From assembly GCA_016181765.1 (NCBI GenBank), contig JACOYR010000002.1:1-63828 (forward strand): a DNA stretch of 63,828 nt, written 5' to 3'. The stretch's first letter is position 1. Every line of letters begins with the position of its first letter. Below, piece after piece: positions 7,802 through 16,368 of the stretch. Both the position numbers and the translations under genes were made by a program. The notes under the pieces were generated by a model, which was not told where the DNA came from, did not search any database, and was given only the letters and a program-made list of their open reading frames with translations. Source of the DNA: Parcubacteria group bacterium (lineage in GTDB: Bacteria > Patescibacteriota > Patescibacteriia > UBA2169).

Positions 7802-9232
7802 ATGGAATCTCCGGACCACATCATAGCATCCCTCAAAACCCAGGCAAACCTCGGGACGGATGCGAGCGGGCACTCGCGGCACGCCGTGAGCAATCCAGCC
7901 GGAAAGCGCGTATTGGTCCACAATGCGCCTTTTTTGTTTACCTGCGATGAGTTTGAAAAGATCAGCATCAAGATACGCCACTCCGTGGTGATAGAGGGCG
8001 ATACCATTGTTGACGTGCTCCCCGCGGACCGCGTGAACCCGAACAACTTTGACGCGGTGTACGACGCGGGCAAGCGCGGCGGCATCGTGCTCACTCCGGG
8101 ACTCATCAACACGCACAGCCACATCCACATGTACCTTATGCGGTCAGCCATGATGCTTGATGAGGGCGAGAGCATTGATGAAACTATTGACGCAATGGCG
8201 CGCTGGCAGCGGCACGAAACCGACGAATCCTACACCATTGCCGGAATCGGCGACCTCACAGAACAGCAAAAGCACGGCATCACCGCCACGCTCACGCACG
8301 GCCCGAGTTTTTCGGCCGCGGAAATCGCGGCCGAGGCGTGCGGCCACAACCTCGTTAATGCGGTGTCCGCGGTGTCAAACTCAAGGCCTGAAAACACGCC
8401 AGAAATGGTCGCGCAGCTGTTCCAAGAAAAACGGGCGCACCACTCAACTCCGGCCATAGCCCTCCACTACCTCTACAAAACACCCGAAGAAACGCTGCGA
8501 AAAGTGCGCGCCGTCATGGACGATCATGCGGCGTTGCTGACGTTCCATATGTCCGAGTCAGAGCGCGTAACGGCCGAAACGGTGCGCGCGCACGGGGTGC
8601 GCGAAACCGAACTGCTAAAAAAATACGGGCTCCTCAACAGCCATTCGCTCGCCTCGCACGTGCTCCACGTGCATGACGAGGAGATCAGCCGGCTCGTGGA
8701 GCACCGGGTCGGCATCGCGCATTTGCCCACCTCAAACGTGATCCATAAGAGCGGCACCTTCAAATTCTGGGCGTTTGACGAAAGGGGCGGGGCGCCGTAC
8801 GTTTCGCTCGGCACGGACTCCGTGGTATCAAAAAACAGGCTGGACATCCTCACCGAGGCGTACCAGACCCGCATCACGCACCTCTATGAGCGCACCGTCA
8901 AGTTCAGCTCCCTCTTTAAAATGATGACCGTAAACGGCGGCCGCGTCCTGCACATGCCCGATCGGGGCAGGATTATAAAGGGAGCGAAAGCGGACATCGC
9001 GTTCTGGAAACTCAAAGACCGCGGGGCCATCCCGTACGACGAAGAGAATCCCGTCACCCTTCTTGGCAACATTATCACGCACGGCGGCCGCTACGTCCGG
9101 GACCTCATGATAGGCGGCCGCTTTGTCATCAAAGACCGCAGGCACCAGCTCATTGACGAAAGCAAACTGCTCTCGGAAACGCAAGCGGCGCACATGGCCA
9201 TGCGCAAGCGGGTGCGCGCCCAAAACGCTTAG
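7802..9232 (+). CDS. Amidohydrolase-superfamily deaminase (guanine / MTA-SAH / chlorohydrolase-like)
   Basis: Metal ligands in the expected order: GLINTHSHIHMY (HxH), TFHMSES, HVLHV, LGTDS. Confidence 0.75.
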   Translation: MESPDHIIASLKTQANLGTDASGHSRHAVSNPAGKRVLVHNAPFLFTCDEFEKISIKIRHSVVIEGDTIVDVLPADRVNPNNFDAVYDAGKRGGIVLTPGLINTHSHIHMYLMRSAMMLDEGESIDETIDAMARWQRHETDESYTIAGIGDLTEQQKHGITATLTHGPSFSAAEIAAEACGHNLVNAVSAVSNSRPENTPEMVAQLFQEKRAHHSTPAIALHYLYKTPEETLRKVRAVMDDHAALLTFHMSESERVTAETVRAHGVRETELLKKYGLLNSHSLASHVLHVHDEEISRLVEHRVGIAHLPTSNVIHKSGTFKFWAFDERGGAPYVSLGTDSVVSKNRLDILTEAYQTRITHLYERTVKFSSLFKMMTVNGGRVLHMPDRGRIIKGAKADIAFWKLKDRGAIPYDEENPVTLLGNIITHGGRYVRDLMIGGRFVIKDRRHQLIDESKLLSETQAAHMAMRKRVRAQNA

Positions 9233-9399
9233 GCGGCGAGAAGGATAATGACGGCAATCACAATCACCACCGCGACAATCGGCAAAATCATCTTGAGTGA
9301 TGATTTTTTTTCTTCCCCTCCCATGGATGCTGCGGGATTTGGTTGAGCCTGCTCGCGCATGCCCTGGTCCTGCGGCATCTCCTGGTTTGAAGCGTCCAT
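9229..9399 (-). CDS. Possible 56-aa tail-anchored membrane peptide
   Basis: Translated by hand as MDASNQEMPQDQGMREQAQPNPAASMGGEEKKSSLKMILPIVAVVIVIAVIILLAA. It is too short for the ORF track, lies 9 nt downstream of the preceding minus-strand gene, and has no SD. Confidence 0.35.
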   Translation of the reverse strand: MDASNQEMPQDQGMREQAQPNPAASMGGEEKKSSLKMILPIVAVVIVIAVIILLAA

Positions 9400-9408
9400 A
9401 GTATTGGC

Positions 9409-9861
9409 TTACTGGTAAATTGCTGACGTGTCAAAGTTCACGCCCACTGATTCAAGCGCGACTTCTGCGCCCGTGCCCGGATCAATGCCGTACACCTCAA
9501 CGGTTCCCCGGTCCGTTGCCTGGAACACGAACGAAATCAGCACCCCGAACGGGCCGCCGCCCTCCGGCACGCGAGTCTCTTCGCTGATCACCACGTCTCC
9601 GGCCGGGTTTTTGACGCGGACGTACACAACACCCCCGGCGAGCGCATCTGCCTCGCCTCCGACCAAAAATGGTGATTTGAGCACCTGGCCCTCCTGGGGG
9701 CTGGTGAGCCGGATTGCGCCCGGGCCTTGGACAGTATCGGAAATCGGAATCCGATCGCTTCCGGGCTTTGTTCCTGTGGTATTGGTTTGGGAAGCGCCCG
9801 TGCATCCGGCTCCGGTAAAGGCGAGCGCCGCAAGCGCGAGTGCTATAGATCGTTTTTGCAT
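9409..9861 (-). CDS. Lipoprotein with Gmad2-type Ig-like domain
   Basis: Signal peptide with lipobox (LAFTGAGC), then SPQEGQVLKSPFLVGGEA...VRVKNPAGDVV... Confidence 0.55.
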   Translation of the reverse strand: MQKRSIALALAALAFTGAGCTGASQTNTTGTKPGSDRIPISDTVQGPGAIRLTSPQEGQVLKSPFLVGGEADALAGGVVYVRVKNPAGDVVISEETRVPEGGGPFGVLISFVFQATDRGTVEVYGIDPGTGAEVALESVGVNFDTSAIYQ

Positions 9862-9864
9862 ATG

Positions 9865-10488
9865 TTATTTGGGCAGTGCGCCGATGAGTATGGGAGTGCC
9901 GGGGCGCGGGTCATAGTCAGCGGCATTGCCGTCCGACTCCAGGGTCACCATCACCGCGTCGTACGGCGCAAGCGAGAAATTGGATTCGTAAAAGAGGTAG
10001 AAACTTTCGCGGCTCGGGTTCCACTCAAGTTCTCCGAGCGCGAGCGCGTACGGCGCGTCGGAGACGCGCGAACTGAAATCAATGTTCGCGTAGGGCGTGC
10101 CGTACTGTTGGTCCGCTTCGGAGACGCTCGCCTCTCCCAGGCCTCCGAGGTTTCCGGCGTCAACGAGCCACGCTTGGAGGATGCTCCGCTCCGGCAGGCT
10201 CGCCCCGGGAGCGAGCACCACATCCACCTCCGCCTTCCCCTCTTCGCTGCCGATGCGCGCGGCTCCGGTGGTGCGCTCAAGATCCGCGTTCTGCGCGAGC
10301 GAAATGGTGGTGAGCGGAACGTCAGTCTTGTTGAGAATCACCGCAGGCAGCCCGCTCTCTCCAAAGCGGCCCTCCGCGGCATTGCCGCCGGCCTGGTACG
10401 CAAGCCAGCCAACGAGCGCCAAAAGCGCAGCCAGGATGATGCCAAGCAGAATGATGTTAAGGTATCCTCGTCTGGTCGTATAGTACAT
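9865..10488 (-). CDS. Membrane-anchored hypothetical protein
   Basis: 207 aa with an N-terminal TM helix (LNIILLGIILAALLALVGWLA). Forms an operon with 9409-9861. Confidence 0.6.
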   Translation of the reverse strand: MYYTTRRGYLNIILLGIILAALLALVGWLAYQAGGNAAEGRFGESGLPAVILNKTDVPLTTISLAQNADLERTTGAARIGSEEGKAEVDVVLAPGASLPERSILQAWLVDAGNLGGLGEASVSEADQQYGTPYANIDFSSRVSDAPYALALGELEWNPSRESFYLFYESNFSLAPYDAVMVTLESDGNAADYDPRPGTPILIGALPK

Positions 10489-10525
10489 ATACTGATGTCA
10501 GTGTACCACAAAGCCGCTCCCTGCC

Positions 10526-11083
10526 TCAAGTGACGCGCTCCACATACCCTCCGGTCTCGGTATTCACCCGCACCACGTCCCCAGCCTTCACGAACATGGG
10601 AGCCTGCACCGTGATGCCGGTTTCCAACATAACCGTTTTGGCCGGATTGTTGGCAGTGTCCCCTTTTACCGCGGGCGGCGCTTCCGTAACCTTGAGATCC
10701 ACCTTGGGAGGGAGCTTTAAGTTTACGGGGTTGTGCTCCCACACCATAATGTCAATCTCCTGCCCCTCTTTGAGGTACCCGAGGCTGTCCTCCACCACGT
10801 CCCGGGGCAGGCTGAATTGCTCGTAGGACTGGTCCATGAAGTGCGCTCCCAAATCATCAGCATACAAAAACTGCACGCGCTTGTTCGCGAGATCCGCGGG
10901 CTCAATCTTCTCGTTGCCCTGGAATGTGGTTTCCACCACGCTCCCGGTTTTGAGGTTTTTGAGTTTTGCGCGCAGCACCGCGCCCGCCCGGCCCTGTTTT
11001 GAATGGGCAGCGTCCGTAACCACGTACGGCTCGCCATTGTGCACAATGGCCATGCCGCGCTTGATTGAACCGAGTGAAATCAT
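10526..11083 (-). CDS. efp: Elongation factor P
   Basis: MISLGSIKRGMAIVHNGEPYVV..SKQGRAGAVLRAKLKNLKTG. The upstream 12 codons of the ORF track are unlikely to be real. Confidence 0.9.
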   Translation of the reverse strand: MISLGSIKRGMAIVHNGEPYVVTDAAHSKQGRAGAVLRAKLKNLKTGSVVETTFQGNEKIEPADLANKRVQFLYADDLGAHFMDQSYEQFSLPRDVVEDSLGYLKEGQEIDIMVWEHNPVNLKLPPKVDLKVTEAPPAVKGDTANNPAKTVMLETGITVQAPMFVKAGDVVRVNTETGGYVERVT

Positions 11084-11134
11084 GGGGTGATGATACCAGA
11101 TGCACGTTGCGCGCGTCAAACCGAAGAAGCGTAT

Positions 11135-11163
11135 TTGACTTTGTTTAACCGTTATGTTATCCT
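11135..11163 (+). promoter_or_regulatory. Promoter of the abiEi/abiEii operon (leaderless-type)
   Basis: TTGACT (11135-11140), 17 nt, TATCCT (11158-11163), then 6 nt to the ATG. The inverted repeat CCTGTAC-N6-GTACAGG (11161-11180) spans the start codon. Confidence 0.45.
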
Positions 11164-11169
11164 GTACAT

Positions 11170-11757
11170 ATGAGTACAGGAAAAACGAACGTACAATTCA
11201 AGCCAAAAAGCAGATTTGACGATAGATTCGCTAAAATAGCGGCCTTGGGCCACATCATCTTCCATGCAAAAGACCTGGCTAATTTATGGAGCATTGCGAA
11301 CGAAAACACGCTCCATGCCACGCTCTCGCGCTACGTCAAAAAAGGGCTTCTCTTCCGCATATACAAAGGACTGTATTCGCTCAAACCCATAGACCAGCTC
11401 GATCCGGTATTGCTAGGCATAAAAGCCTTGCACCGGTTCGCGTATGTAAGCACCGAGACCGCGCTCGCCGCTTCAGGCATGATACAGCAAGATACGCGCG
11501 AGATCACGCTGGTCAGCGACGTGTCAAAACGGTTTGCGATCGGCCCGCACCAGTATCGCTGCCGAAAACTGCATGACCGGTATCTGTACAACCCGCTCGG
11601 CATTGCGGCAAACGGCGGGTATAAAACCGCAACCGCGCCGAGGGCCGCGGCTGATTTGCTGCACTTCAATAGCCGGGCTCACTTTGACGCCCGCCGCTCA
11701 ATTGATTGGGAGCGCGTAAAAATAATCCTAAAACAAGTGTATGATGCTTCCGAATAA
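11170..11757 (+). CDS. AbiEi-family antitoxin / transcriptional regulator (type IV TA)
   Basis: N-terminal wHTH-like FHAKDLANLW...LSRYVKKGLLFRIYKGLYSL. It overlaps the downstream AbiEii gene by 17 nt. Confidence 0.65.
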   Translation: MSTGKTNVQFKPKSRFDDRFAKIAALGHIIFHAKDLANLWSIANENTLHATLSRYVKKGLLFRIYKGLYSLKPIDQLDPVLLGIKALHRFAYVSTETALAASGMIQQDTREITLVSDVSKRFAIGPHQYRCRKLHDRYLYNPLGIAANGGYKTATAPRAAADLLHFNSRAHFDARRSIDWERVKIILKQVYDASE

Positions 11758-12514
11758 AAAAGACGCGGCGCACAAAGCATGGCTGTACCGCTTGCTCTCT
11801 GCCATATACGATAATCCTGCGCTCGCGGAGCGGCTGTATTTCAAAGGTGGAACCTGCGCCGCCATGCTCGGCTGGCTTGACCGGTTTTCAATTGACCTTG
11901 ATTTTGACTGCAACGCCAAAGCCGGCGGGGTGCGCCGCGTGCAAAAAGAACTGGAATCGGTGTTTGCCGATCTCGGGCTTGAGATAAAAGACAAAAGCAA
12001 GAACGCGCCCCAGTATTTTTTGCGGTATCCTGCCGAAGAGAATGCGCGGAACACCATCAAAATAGACGTAACCATGCCCCCGCCGAAAGCAAACATCTAC
12101 CAAACGGTCCTCCTGGGCGATATTGACCGGATTGTCCCGTGCCAGACGAAAGAAACCATGTTTGCCAACAAACTGGTCGCGTTGATTGACCGGTTTGAAA
12201 AGCACGAGTCAATCGCCGGAAGGGATCTGTATGACATCCATCACTTCTTTATGAAAGGATTTTCGTACACCACGGAAGTTATTGTTGAGCGCAGAAAAAC
12301 AACGGTGCCGGTGTTTTTGAAAGGGCTGATTGATTTTGTTGAAAAGCGCATTACCGAAACAATCATAACCCAGGATTTGAGCGCATTGCTTGCGCGCGAC
12401 AAATTCCAGAAAATCCGCAAAGTGCTGAAACCGGAGACGCTGATGTTTTTGCGCGACGAACTGCAGAGAGCGGGCAAAATCTTGGATTCAAACAGGGCGC
12501 GCGCTTCAAAGTAG
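11741..12514 (+). CDS. AbiEii/AbiGii-family nucleotidyltransferase toxin
   Basis: YFKGGTCAAMLGWLDRFSIDLDFD matches the family's GG...R.S.D.D NTase core. Confidence 0.8.
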   Translation: MMLPNKKDAAHKAWLYRLLSAIYDNPALAERLYFKGGTCAAMLGWLDRFSIDLDFDCNAKAGGVRRVQKELESVFADLGLEIKDKSKNAPQYFLRYPAEENARNTIKIDVTMPPPKANIYQTVLLGDIDRIVPCQTKETMFANKLVALIDRFEKHESIAGRDLYDIHHFFMKGFSYTTEVIVERRKTTVPVFLKGLIDFVEKRITETIITQDLSALLARDKFQKIRKVLKPETLMFLRDELQRAGKILDSNRARASK

Positions 12515-12613
12515 GACATTTCTATTTCCCGTTGACACGCATAACGCCCGCTCATGACGCGATGCGCGGGGTGTGCTATACTGACAATCATTAAAAATAA
12601 CGCGCACGAACCT

Positions 12614-13066
12614 ATGCCCCACAACCCACCCCTCATCCTGTATGTGGAAGACGATGGCATGCTCCTTACCATGTACCAAGAATTCTTTACCATCTACGGC
12701 TTCGCCTTTGAGGGAGCCGCGGACTTCAAGACCGGCAGAAAGCTCATTCCGGAAAAGATGCCGGACCTGGTGCTCCTTGACCTGCTCCTGCCGGACATGT
12801 GGAGCGCAATCCCCCACCACGTAAACCACGAGCTCGGCTTGGAGATCTTGGAAGGAATCAAAGCAGACCCGAAAACGCGCGGCATTCCGGTCATCATCCT
12901 CTCCAATATTGACGAAGCCGGCGTGGTTGCGAAAGCCAAGGCGCTCGGGGCCGAGGACTTCCTGGTCAAGGCGCACGTCGTGCCCAGGGAGGTGCTCGCG
13001 GCCATCAAGAAAATTTTTGACGCGCGCGGCATTCCCCTGCCCGAGAAGCGGGTGCCGAAAACATAG
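12614..13066 (+). CDS. Stand-alone response-regulator receiver domain
   Basis: LILYVEDD, DLVLLDLLLPD, PVIILSN, and K at ..FLVKA. No output domain. Confidence 0.8.
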   Translation: MPHNPPLILYVEDDGMLLTMYQEFFTIYGFAFEGAADFKTGRKLIPEKMPDLVLLDLLLPDMWSAIPHHVNHELGLEILEGIKADPKTRGIPVIILSNIDEAGVVAKAKALGAEDFLVKAHVVPREVLAAIKKIFDARGIPLPEKRVPKT

Positions 13067-13156
13067 CAGGCCCAGGCACGGAGACTAAAAGGCAGGCAGG
13101 CATGGCGCCCGCATTCCTTGCGGGTATGGGCCGAACGTGCTATGGTAATTTCAGTT

Positions 13157-13501
13157 ATGCGCCAGAATCTGATAATACTCTTCGGCTCGCACGCAACAGG
13201 CAGAACCCGCGCCGGCTCTGATGTTGACGTTGCAGTGCTTTCCAAAAAACCATTGAGCTTAAAAGAAAAAGGGCTTGTTTCAGAAGAGTCAGCAAAACAG
13301 CTCGGCGTTTCAGAAGACAGCATAGACATCATAGATCTCTCGGTCGCCGACCCGTTGCTCCAGCATGAAGTCGCCGAGAACGGAAAGTTGCTGTCCGGAG
13401 ATAAAGACGATTTTGACCTGTTCCGGCTTTTGGCGTGGAAGCGGTACCAGGGCACGGCAAAATTCCGCCGCGCGCGCGAGCGGGCATTGGGCGTTGCATA
13501 G
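13157..13501 (+). CDS. mntA: MntA-type minimal nucleotidyltransferase antitoxin
   Basis: LILFGSHATGRTRAGSDVDVAVL (GS...DxD), sited directly upstream of the DUF86 gene. Confidence 0.8.
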   Translation: MRQNLIILFGSHATGRTRAGSDVDVAVLSKKPLSLKEKGLVSEESAKQLGVSEDSIDIIDLSVADPLLQHEVAENGKLLSGDKDDFDLFRLLAWKRYQGTAKFRRARERALGVA

Positions 13502-13507
13502 AAACAC

Positions 13508-13927
13508 ATGTCAAAAGAAGTCATCATCAAAAAGCTGGAACAATTGGGCATCCTGCTCAAAGACCTTGAGCCGCTTTTGCGCATGCCCAAAGACGAATTT
13601 GAAAACGATACGGTTGTCATCCGGGCCGCGGAACGGAACTTCCAGCTTATCGTTGAAATTGCCAGCGACATAAACACCGCCATTTTGATAGAAGAAACCG
13701 GAAAAACACCGGATACGTACAAACAGTCGTTCGTTGAACTTGAAAAAATCGGCGCAGTGCCTTCTGAAGTGATTTCTGATTTGGCGGCCAGCGCGAAATT
13801 GCGCAATATCTTGGTTCATGAATATGAATTTGAAGAGGATTACGGCAGATTTTACGATTCCGCAAAATCAATGCTGCCCGCGTACCACAGATACGCTGAA
13901 AGCATAAAAAAACACATACGCGGATAA
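13508..13927 (+). CDS. hepT: HepT/DUF86 HEPN-domain toxin
   Basis: RNILVHEY (the Rx4H HEPN motif). 139 aa. Starts 7 nt after the mntA stop. Confidence 0.85.
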   Translation: MSKEVIIKKLEQLGILLKDLEPLLRMPKDEFENDTVVIRAAERNFQLIVEIASDINTAILIEETGKTPDTYKQSFVELEKIGAVPSEVISDLAASAKLRNILVHEYEFEEDYGRFYDSAKSMLPAYHRYAESIKKHIRG

Positions 13928-13974
13928 ACACTGCATTGCGCAAGATGAGATACATCGTGTGCGCTCGTGATTTC

Positions 13975-14003
13975 ATGGGAATGCACACGATGCGGCCATC
14001 CAG
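13975..14003. repeat. 29-nt direct repeat R1 (atgggaatgcacacgatgcggccatccag)
   Basis: Matches 14936-14964 with 2 transitions. Confidence 0.8.
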
Positions 14004-14004
14004 T

Positions 14005-14508
14005 CTACTCGCCTGCCGCTTCAAGAATCTCCCGGCGCACCGATTCGCCGATCCAGACGTTTTCCGCGCGAAGCCTGGCAAGCATGCTGGCTACCTCGGG
14101 AATGTGGCCGGCCGTCTTGGCGTACACCAAAAAACCACCGAGGCCCAGCAGGCGGGTTTTGGTGAGTACGGCGCGTGCCGCTTCCCTTTCAAGCTTCTCG
14201 TCCAGCAACAAAAAATCAGCCTTTTTCCGCTCGGCGAGGATAATTGATTCGGCGTCAGCCCTGCTGATGCCGAATGTTGCAAGTTCCGGTATCGCGGCAC
14301 TGTCTGGAATGCTCTCAACCACCAGCCATCCTGTTTTATGCGCGTGCGCGATTTCCGTTGCGCCGGTTTTGCCTTTTCCCCGCACCACAAGTTCGTTGAA
14401 AACACCACCTGAAACGGTTATGTGTGTAAAGACGTCTTGCAAGAGCGAAAGCTGATTGATCCGGGCCAACGAAATAATCGGACCGCTGTCCGCGACAACA
14501 ACAACCAT
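14005..14508 (-). CDS. DUF3368-type PIN-like toxin
   Basis: VVVADSGPIISLARINQLSLLQDVF...GGVFNEL, with the partner UPF0175 gene 3 nt upstream. Confidence 0.7.
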   Translation of the reverse strand: MVVVVADSGPIISLARINQLSLLQDVFTHITVSGGVFNELVVRGKGKTGATEIAHAHKTGWLVVESIPDSAAIPELATFGISRADAESIILAERKKADFLLLDEKLEREAARAVLTKTRLLGLGGFLVYAKTAGHIPEVASMLARLRAENVWIGESVRREILEAAGE

Positions 14509-14511
14509 ACG

Positions 14512-14790
14512 CTACCGCCCGATCGCTCCGGCAAGCAAAGCTGACTCGGCGCGCACGTCACCTGGCGCATAATCAAGATAGGGAACCTGGTGCGAACCCA
14601 TCAAATCCAAAACGTCATGTATCGGAACGTTGAGCAGCTCAGCGGCCCGGGATGAGGTTATCCGCTTTTCCCGGAGCAATTCCAAAACCGAAAGCTCGGT
14701 CAGCTTCCTGCTCACTTCGTCTTCGGGCTTCCAGTAATCAAACAGCGCTTCGGGCACGCATACTGTTTTTGTCGCTTGTTGCGTAGGCAT
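14512..14790 (-). CDS. UPF0175-family antitoxin
   Basis: ..ELSVLELLREKRITSSRAAELLNVPIHDVLDLMGSHQVPYLDY. The start at MPTQQ lies 6 nt after a -10 box. Confidence 0.7.
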   Translation of the reverse strand: MPTQQATKTVCVPEALFDYWKPEDEVSRKLTELSVLELLREKRITSSRAAELLNVPIHDVLDLMGSHQVPYLDYAPGDVRAESALLAGAIGR

Positions 14791-14796
14791 GCGGAT

Positions 14797-14825
14797 AGCA
14801 TACCAAATAATGCGGGACGATGCAA
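14797..14825 (-). promoter_or_regulatory. Promoter of the UPF0175/PIN operon (leaderless-type)
   Basis: On the minus strand: TTGCAT, 17 nt, TATGCT, 6 nt, ATG. Confidence 0.45.
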
Positions 14826-14868
14826 GGCGCCGCAACGAAAAATGGGGACATGACCCATTTTTTTTATC
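14824..14868. repeat. Direct repeat DR1 with hairpin (gcgccgcaacg...AAAAATGGGgacatgaCCCATTTTT)
   Basis: Shares gcgccgcaacg and aaaaatggggacatgNcccattttt with 17168-17229. A/T runs flank the hairpin on both sides, so it resembles a bidirectional terminator. Confidence 0.75.
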
Positions 14869-14935
14869 GCCGGACCGAAGCCGCATCAGGTTTCACGAGC
14901 CACTCCACCTACAGCCGAAAACCGAGCGCATGGAG

Positions 14936-14964
14936 ATGGGAATGCACACGATGTGGTCATCCAG
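14936..14964. repeat. 29-nt direct repeat R2
   Basis: Copy of 13975-14003. Confidence 0.8.
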
Positions 14965-14973
14965 CACACTCAA

Positions 14974-15002
14974 TTGACAAAACCGACCGAAACCACTAAA
15001 CT
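14974..15002 (+). promoter_or_regulatory. Strong sigma70-like promoter of the micro-ORF / radical SAM cassette
   Basis: TTGACA (14974-14979), 17 nt, TAAACT (14997-15002). Confidence 0.55.
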
Positions 15003-15084
15003 AGTGTTAGGTTTGCATACTGCCCAGAGTCAGTATGGCGAGAACCAAAAAAATCGCACCCTAACAAGAAAGGAGGGACAAGGC

Positions 15085-15147
15085 GTGAAGACGCGCATCA
15101 GGGTCAGAATCCTGAAGTGCCGTTGCTTTACCTGCGACAGCAACTAG
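15085..15147 (+). CDS. Candidate 20-aa Cys-rich peptide MKTRIRVRILKCRCFTCDSN (GTG start)
   Basis: AAAGGAGGG lies 7 nt upstream of the GTG. Three Cys fall in the last 9 residues. It sits immediately upstream of the rSAM/SPASM gene. It is the in-frame tail of track ORF 14953-15147. Confidence 0.35.
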   Translation: MKTRIRVRILKCRCFTCDSN

Positions 15148-15164
15148 CGGCGGCACAGGCCCGT

Positions 15165-15198
15165 TACGGCCGAGGGACATGTTTGTCTTTCGGCCGTA
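15165..15198 (+). other. Hairpin between the micro-ORF and the rSAM gene
   Basis: TACGGCCGA / TCGGCCGTA 9-bp stem with a 16-nt loop and no U-tract. Confidence 0.5.
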
Positions 15199-15239
15199 CT
15201 CTTACCTCAACATACTCGCAACCTCCAAAGGAGGTCGTC

Positions 15240-16289
15240 GTGTTTGAGATTGAAACGCAAGACGCGATTTACGAAGTTGAGTTTCTCCATGCCCAAATCA
15301 ACATCACCTCTCGCTGTAATATGAGATGTGAGCACTGTCGGGGGTCTTACGGCGGCACTGTTGATTTGTCGGCGGCTGATTTTGAAACACTGTTGCTCTT
15401 CAGCCACCAGCACCTCGGCGAAGGAGGCGGTTACTTGATCTCGGGGGGAGAGCCCTTGCTCCATCCGCATCTCAAAGAGCTTCTTCTTCTGTTGAAGCAT
15501 CACTTCCGCAAAAACGGGTTTGTATCCGTCACGACCAACGGCACATTCCTCACCTCTGGTTGGCTGGATTTTCTGCAGTCACTGGCCTTTCCCGATCTCC
15601 GCATTGCCATCAGTTTGGACAGCGTTGATCCGGAAAGAAACAACGCGTTCCGTCATTCTCGCCAGGCTTTCCAAAACTCCGTCAAGGCTATTAAGCTGGT
15701 GGCGGAACGGCCGGATATCCAGTGCATTGTCCGGGCCACGATTCAAAAGGGCCAATTGCCGGAAGTGGAGCCCATGTTGGAGCTCGTTGATTCATTAGGG
15801 GGAAACGTTCTGTCTGTTTCCAGCGTCATTCCTGTGGGTCGGGCTCTGGGTAAGTCAGCATTGCACTTTGGCAAGGAAGCGAAGCAACAATTGGTCGAAC
15901 TGGCCGTGGCTCTCAATCAGCACGGTCGAAAAACCAAGGTTGATGTAAATGACCCTTTGGCTTACATCATTGATGGTGACCAGGAGGAATGTGGCATGTT
16001 CGGCGGTTGTATTGCCGGCATTGGCACTTTCAGTGTTGAGCCGGACGGCACGATGTTTCCCTGCCCGGTTCTACCCAATCAGGTGATTATGAACATCGGC
16101 GGAAAGACTCCGGAGCAAATACTGGAGGCTTACGCTCAAAGCCCTATCGTTCATTCTCTGTTGGAGAGGAGGCTTACGGGCAAGTGCGGCGGGTGTAAAC
16201 TGCGCTTTACCTGCGGCGGCTGCCGCGCCCGGGCAGAAGGCGTCATGGGCCATTACTTGGCCGAAGACCCGGACTGTTGGCTGCAGTGA
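15240..16289 (+). CDS. Radical SAM enzyme with C-terminal SPASM/twitch auxiliary-cluster domain
   Basis: CNMRCEHC (CxxxCxxC), SGGEPLL, and C-terminal CIAGIGTFSVEPDGTMFPC ... CGGCKLRFTCGGC ... C. AAAGGAGG lies 6 nt before the in-frame GTG at 15240. The track ORF begins at 15117. Confidence 0.85.
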   Translation: MFEIETQDAIYEVEFLHAQINITSRCNMRCEHCRGSYGGTVDLSAADFETLLLFSHQHLGEGGGYLISGGEPLLHPHLKELLLLLKHHFRKNGFVSVTTNGTFLTSGWLDFLQSLAFPDLRIAISLDSVDPERNNAFRHSRQAFQNSVKAIKLVAERPDIQCIVRATIQKGQLPEVEPMLELVDSLGGNVLSVSSVIPVGRALGKSALHFGKEAKQQLVELAVALNQHGRKTKVDVNDPLAYIIDGDQEECGMFGGCIAGIGTFSVEPDGTMFPCPVLPNQVIMNIGGKTPEQILEAYAQSPIVHSLLERRLTGKCGGCKLRFTCGGCRARAEGVMGHYLAEDPDCWLQ

Positions 16290-16368
16290 TGAAGTGTCCG
16301 TATTCACGCAAGATACGGGCAAGCCGCGAAAGCTTGTCCGTATTCATTTTTGCTGTTACAGTGTACGT

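Noticed and set aside
12694-13806. 370-aa minus-strand ORF
   Set aside because: It lies antisense to three well-supported plus-strand genes (receiver domain, MntA, HepT). Its composition is low-complexity and Ser/Arg-rich, and it has no motif. It is a typical shadow ORF in GC-rich DNA.
14953-15147. 64-aa version of the micro-ORF starting at the ATG at 14953
   Set aside because: That ATG lies inside repeat R2 and has no SD. The TTGACA-17-TAAACT promoter lies inside this longer ORF. I prefer the SD-led GTG at 15085. The longer form cannot be excluded and would give a more conventional ~44-aa leader.
15117-15239. N-terminal 41 codons of the rSAM track ORF
   Set aside because: They overlap the micro-ORF and the intervening hairpin. 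A strong AAAGGAGG SD precedes the in-frame GTG at 15240.
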